A DNA stretch of 64,000 bases, from NCBI RefSeq assembly GCF_009914755.1, contig NC_060929.1. One strand, written 5' to 3'. The first letter of the stretch is position 1. Every line of letters starts with the position of its first letter. The notes under the pieces were generated by a model. It was not told where the DNA came from, did no database searches, and saw only the letters and a program-made list of their open reading frames with translations. Below, piece after piece: positions 59,513-64,000 of this stretch. Source of the DNA: the human T2T-CHM13v2.0 reference genome, Homo sapiens. The position numbers were made by a program, and so were the translations under genes.

Positions 59513-60196
59513 CACAGTTTCTTTGTCCACTTGTTGATTGATGGACATTTGGGTTGGTTTCACAATTTTGCAATTGTAAATTGTGCTGCTATAAACATGT
59601 ATGTGCAAGTATCTTTTTTGAATAATGACTTATTTTCCTCTGGGTAGATACCCAGTAGTGGGATTGCTGGATCAAATGGTAGTTCTACTTTTAGTTCTTT
59701 AAGGAATCTCCACACTTTTTTCCATAGTGGCTTTACTGGTTTACATTCCCACCAGCAGTGTAGAAGCGTTCCCTGTTTACCACATCCACACACAAACATC
59801 TACTGTTTTTTGATTTTTTAGTTATGGCCATTCTTGCAGGAGTAAGTGGTATTGCATTGTGATTTTGATTTGCATTTCCCTGATCATTAGTGATGTTGAG
59901 CGGTTTTTCATATGTTTGTTGGCCATTTGTATATCTTCTTTTGAGAATTGTCTATTCATGTCCTTAGCCCATTTTTTTTTTCTTACTGATTTGTTTGAGT
60001 TCATTGTAGATCCTGGATATTAGTCTTTTGTCAGACGTATAGATTGTTAAGATTTTCTCTCACACTGTGGATTGTCTGTTTACTCTGCTGACTGTTTCTT
60101 TTGCCACGTGAAAGCTCTTTAGTTTAATTAGGTCCCAGCTATTTATCTTTGTTTTTATTGCATTTGCTTTTGGGTTCTTGGTCATGAAATTCTTTT

Positions 60197-61012
<816 letters not shown>

Positions 61013-61809
61013 TGAAATTCTTTTCTAAGCCAGTGTCTAGAAGGGTTTGTCCAATGTTATCTTCTAGAATTTTTATAGTTTCAGGTCTTAGGTTTGAGTC
61101 TGTAATCCGACTCAAGTTGAAGAGTGTAGTACAGACAATTTGAGGAAGTGAATCTGGTAGTGTGCCATTCACAATATTGAAGCACCACAATGCAGTTTCA
61201 GCCCAGCCATCTGAAAATGTTGGTTTTACCTGGGGTGTTATGTTGTGGTGTTAAACCTTAACCAAGTTGGTATTACTGAAATTGGTTTTTGTGAACATAA
61301 CTCTTAAATTATGGACTAGAATAAAAAGAGAGAGGCTTCATTAAAGATAGTATACCTTAGCTACAAAGATAAAGCAAGAGTAAATACTCTGCGTAGGTTT
61401 TGACTCTTTTCTGCCCAAGTTAGGTATTTGTTATTAAAAACATTTTGTCTTCATCGTGTACCTATCATGCTTTATCATCATTGCTTTGGTGGCCTGACCC
61501 TGCAATCTGAAACATAAGCCGCCAGAATTGCTTTGAAATTTGATCACCTCAGCATCCTAGGTACTGTTGTTAAATTGGGAGTAACCCCAAAACCCAGCAA
61601 GTCTTACATTCCAACTGCCTGGACTCTAGAACCGTGATTTAATAGGATCTTTGTTCCAAGAAGACTCTGAAGTTTCATTAAGGATATAATGACCTACAAC
61701 AATAGTGCTTTAATAAAACCATGGTATGTTATGTACCATAAAGTTAGCAGTTAAGTCAAAGTGATAAAGTTGGACAGGACAATTGGTTTTTGGCTGCTCA
61801 TTTGTAGTT

Positions 61810-63090
61810 TACTTTTCTTTTTTTAACTTTTTCTATTTAATGTTTATGGATACAGAATGGTTGCACATATTTATGGGGTGCTTGTAATACATCGATACTG
61901 AAACAGAAGAGTTCCATTTTCCCCCTTGCAGGACATGAGACAGGGGTGTGGCTCGCTCCTTCTGTCACCCCTCTGCTCAAACCCCTAGTGGGAGCACGCA
62001 GACAGGCAGGTACAGAGACTGTGGGGAGCACTCTTGGGCTCCGGCCCCACGGCAGCCTCTAGGAGTGGGTGTCTGCAACTCCCAAAGCCCAAGTGAGCAT
62101 GTGTTACGGTGTGCTCCTTCAGCTTCTCCATCTGTGGATGGCTTGTGTTAACCAGTTCAATAGACCCTGTGCCTTATTCCAAGGGCAGAGGGCCAGTGTG
62201 ACAGCTTTCTGTATCCTAAGCTCTTTCCCAGTGCACTGGAAAAACTGGGTCACCCCTGTGGCCTCAAAGATGAGTGCGAGGTTTTATTGAGTAGTGGAGG
62301 TGGCTCTCAGCAAGGTGGATGGGGAATCAGAAGAGCAGGATGGAGTGGGAAGGTGGTCTTCCCCTGGAGTCAGGCTGCCCAGTGGCCAGACCCTTCTCTG
62401 GCTGCCCCCAGCTGAATTCCCCTTAGCATCCAGACATCCCTCCTCTCTTCCTCTGCCACGTCATTCATCTTTCCACCGTCACTGGTCTGCCGGTCTGCTG
62501 GTGTCTGCTGGTCTGTTCCTCTGCTTCTCTTGACCACGTTCAGCCACTGTGTGTGCCCATTAAGGTCTCAGGTTTCCACGGGCACAGGATCGGGGGCGTG
62601 GCAGGCCAGAGTAGTCTTGGAAAATGCAACATTTGGGCATGAAAACAGGAGTGTCTGTTCTCACTTAGGTCTGTGGTACAGGCCTGAGTGTGGAGCCCTC
62701 TCCAGGGACCCCCCCTTCTCTACTCAGCAACTCCCTGCCCCCTCCCATATCAATACAGGCGTACAATGTGTAATATTCAAAGCAGAGAAACTGGGATATC
62801 CTTCACCTTAAATGTTCATCATTTATTTGTGTAAAGAACATCACACTCTTCTAGTTATCTTGAAATATACAATAAATTGTTGTTAACTATCGTCACCCTA
62901 TGGCCCTACTAAACATTAGGTGTTATTCCTTTTATCTAACTGTATTTTTGAACCCATTAACCAACTCCTCTTTATTCCTCCCATCCCCCTCCACTACACT
63001 TCTCAGCCTCTGGTAACTATCATTCCACCACTACAAAATCCATTTTTTCACTTCCACGTGTGAATGAGAATGTACAATATTTTTATTTTG
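61810..63090 (-). mobile_element. L1MA 3'-end fragment split by an LTR
   Basis: 'gttgcacatatttatgggg...gatac' continues after the LTR as 'aggcgtacaatgtgtaat...ttgaaatatacaataaattgttgttaactat'. Confidence 0.75.
61899..62752 (-). mobile_element. Intact ERV1 solo LTR (LTR1/LTR28/MER52 group), 854 bp
   Basis: TG...CA termini with perfect 4-bp TSD ATAC (61895-61898, 62753-62756); minus-strand start TGATATGGGAGGGGGCAGGGAG and 'gcccaaatgttgcattttccaagac'. Confidence 0.88.
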
Positions 63091-63753
63091 TCATCGCAAC
63101 TCTTTAAGACACTATAGTTTTTATTCGTTTGTATGGGACAGAGTGTCATGTTTATTAAATGGCAGACAAGTACATCTACAGGATACCAAGGTCCCAAATT
63201 ATGTTTTAAGTGTTGAAAGACAATACCGTGGGTTATATGATCGTCAGTTTCTTCTAACTTTGTGATTTATTCCAGCCTTGAGGACTGGAGTTGGGGATTG
63301 AGCAGGTCCCAAAATGAGGCTGAAAAACACAGATGGCATGAGCCGAATCACAGACTGAATTAGAGAGCCACATGACTTGGCAGTGAGCTGTCACCAGCAT
63401 CCTATATTTGAAGGCTTTATACTTTAAAAAGTTGAAAGCCCAAACCTTTAACAATATCATCATCAGTATTTATTCTGCAAAATGCTCCCCAAAACTAAAA
63501 CCTAAGAATATTCTGAAGTTACTCTGAATGGTAGTCTGAATCATGGTCATCTTAAGTCATCTTTGGCTTTTTATGATCACGATTTCCTGATTCTTGCTAA
63601 TGTTATTGTACGTAAAGCTTTCCTGGTCCTCTGTCACCGGTTTTCACAGGAGCAAATGACTACATGTTCCATGTGCCCAGAAAGCATTTATTGAAAGACG
63701 AGTAGCAAGCACTGTACCAGATAATGATAAGGAACATAGTAAAATAATTTAAC

Positions 63754-64000
63754 TTTTTTTTTTTTTTTTTTTTTGAGATGGAGTCTCGCTCTGTCACCCA
63801 GTCTAGAGTACAGTGGTGCCATCTCGGCTCACTGCGACCTCTAACTTCCGGGTTCACGCCATTCTCCTGTCTCAGCCTCCCGAGTAGCTGGGACTACAGG
63901 CACCCGCCACCACGCACGGCTAATTTTTTATATTTTTAGTAGAGACGGGTTTCACCGTGTTAGCCAGGATGGTCTCGATCTCCTGACCTCGTGATCCGCC
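63754..64000 (-). mobile_element. AluY running off the window end
   Basis: Poly-T followed by AluY-type sequence. Confidence 0.9.

Noticed and set aside
59243-59647. Tyr/Ile/His-rich ORFs
   Set aside because: Translations of the TA/TG microsatellite.

Overview
Primate, almost certainly human, genomic DNA from the middle of ADAMTS16 (chr5p15.3 from recall), + strand. Seven coding exons (25669-25930, 29677-29876, 31354-31437, 33600-33759, 35314-35419, 43765-43902, 52724-52877; 1104 nt = 368 codons, probably exons 4-10) splice into one frame. They cover the end of the prodomain (cysteine-switch-like HFCGRRK), the furin site RHKR, the reprolysin domain (HESGHNFGMIHD, Met-turn) and the start of the disintegrin-like domain. 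The rest is intron, rich in L1, Alu, MIR, LTR and simple repeats. Most notable: a GC donor after the last exon, a twin-primed inverted L1PA2-like insertion nested in an L1PB, a young AluYa4/5-type element tail-to-tail with an AluS, two AG|GT recursive-splice-like sites, an in-frame chain of three exon-like segments in the long intron, and a minisatellite carrying UGCAUG motifs. I see no convincing new biological system. No prokaryotic features, RNA genes or CRISPR arrays were found. Repeat family names and old-repeat boundaries are by eye and approximate.
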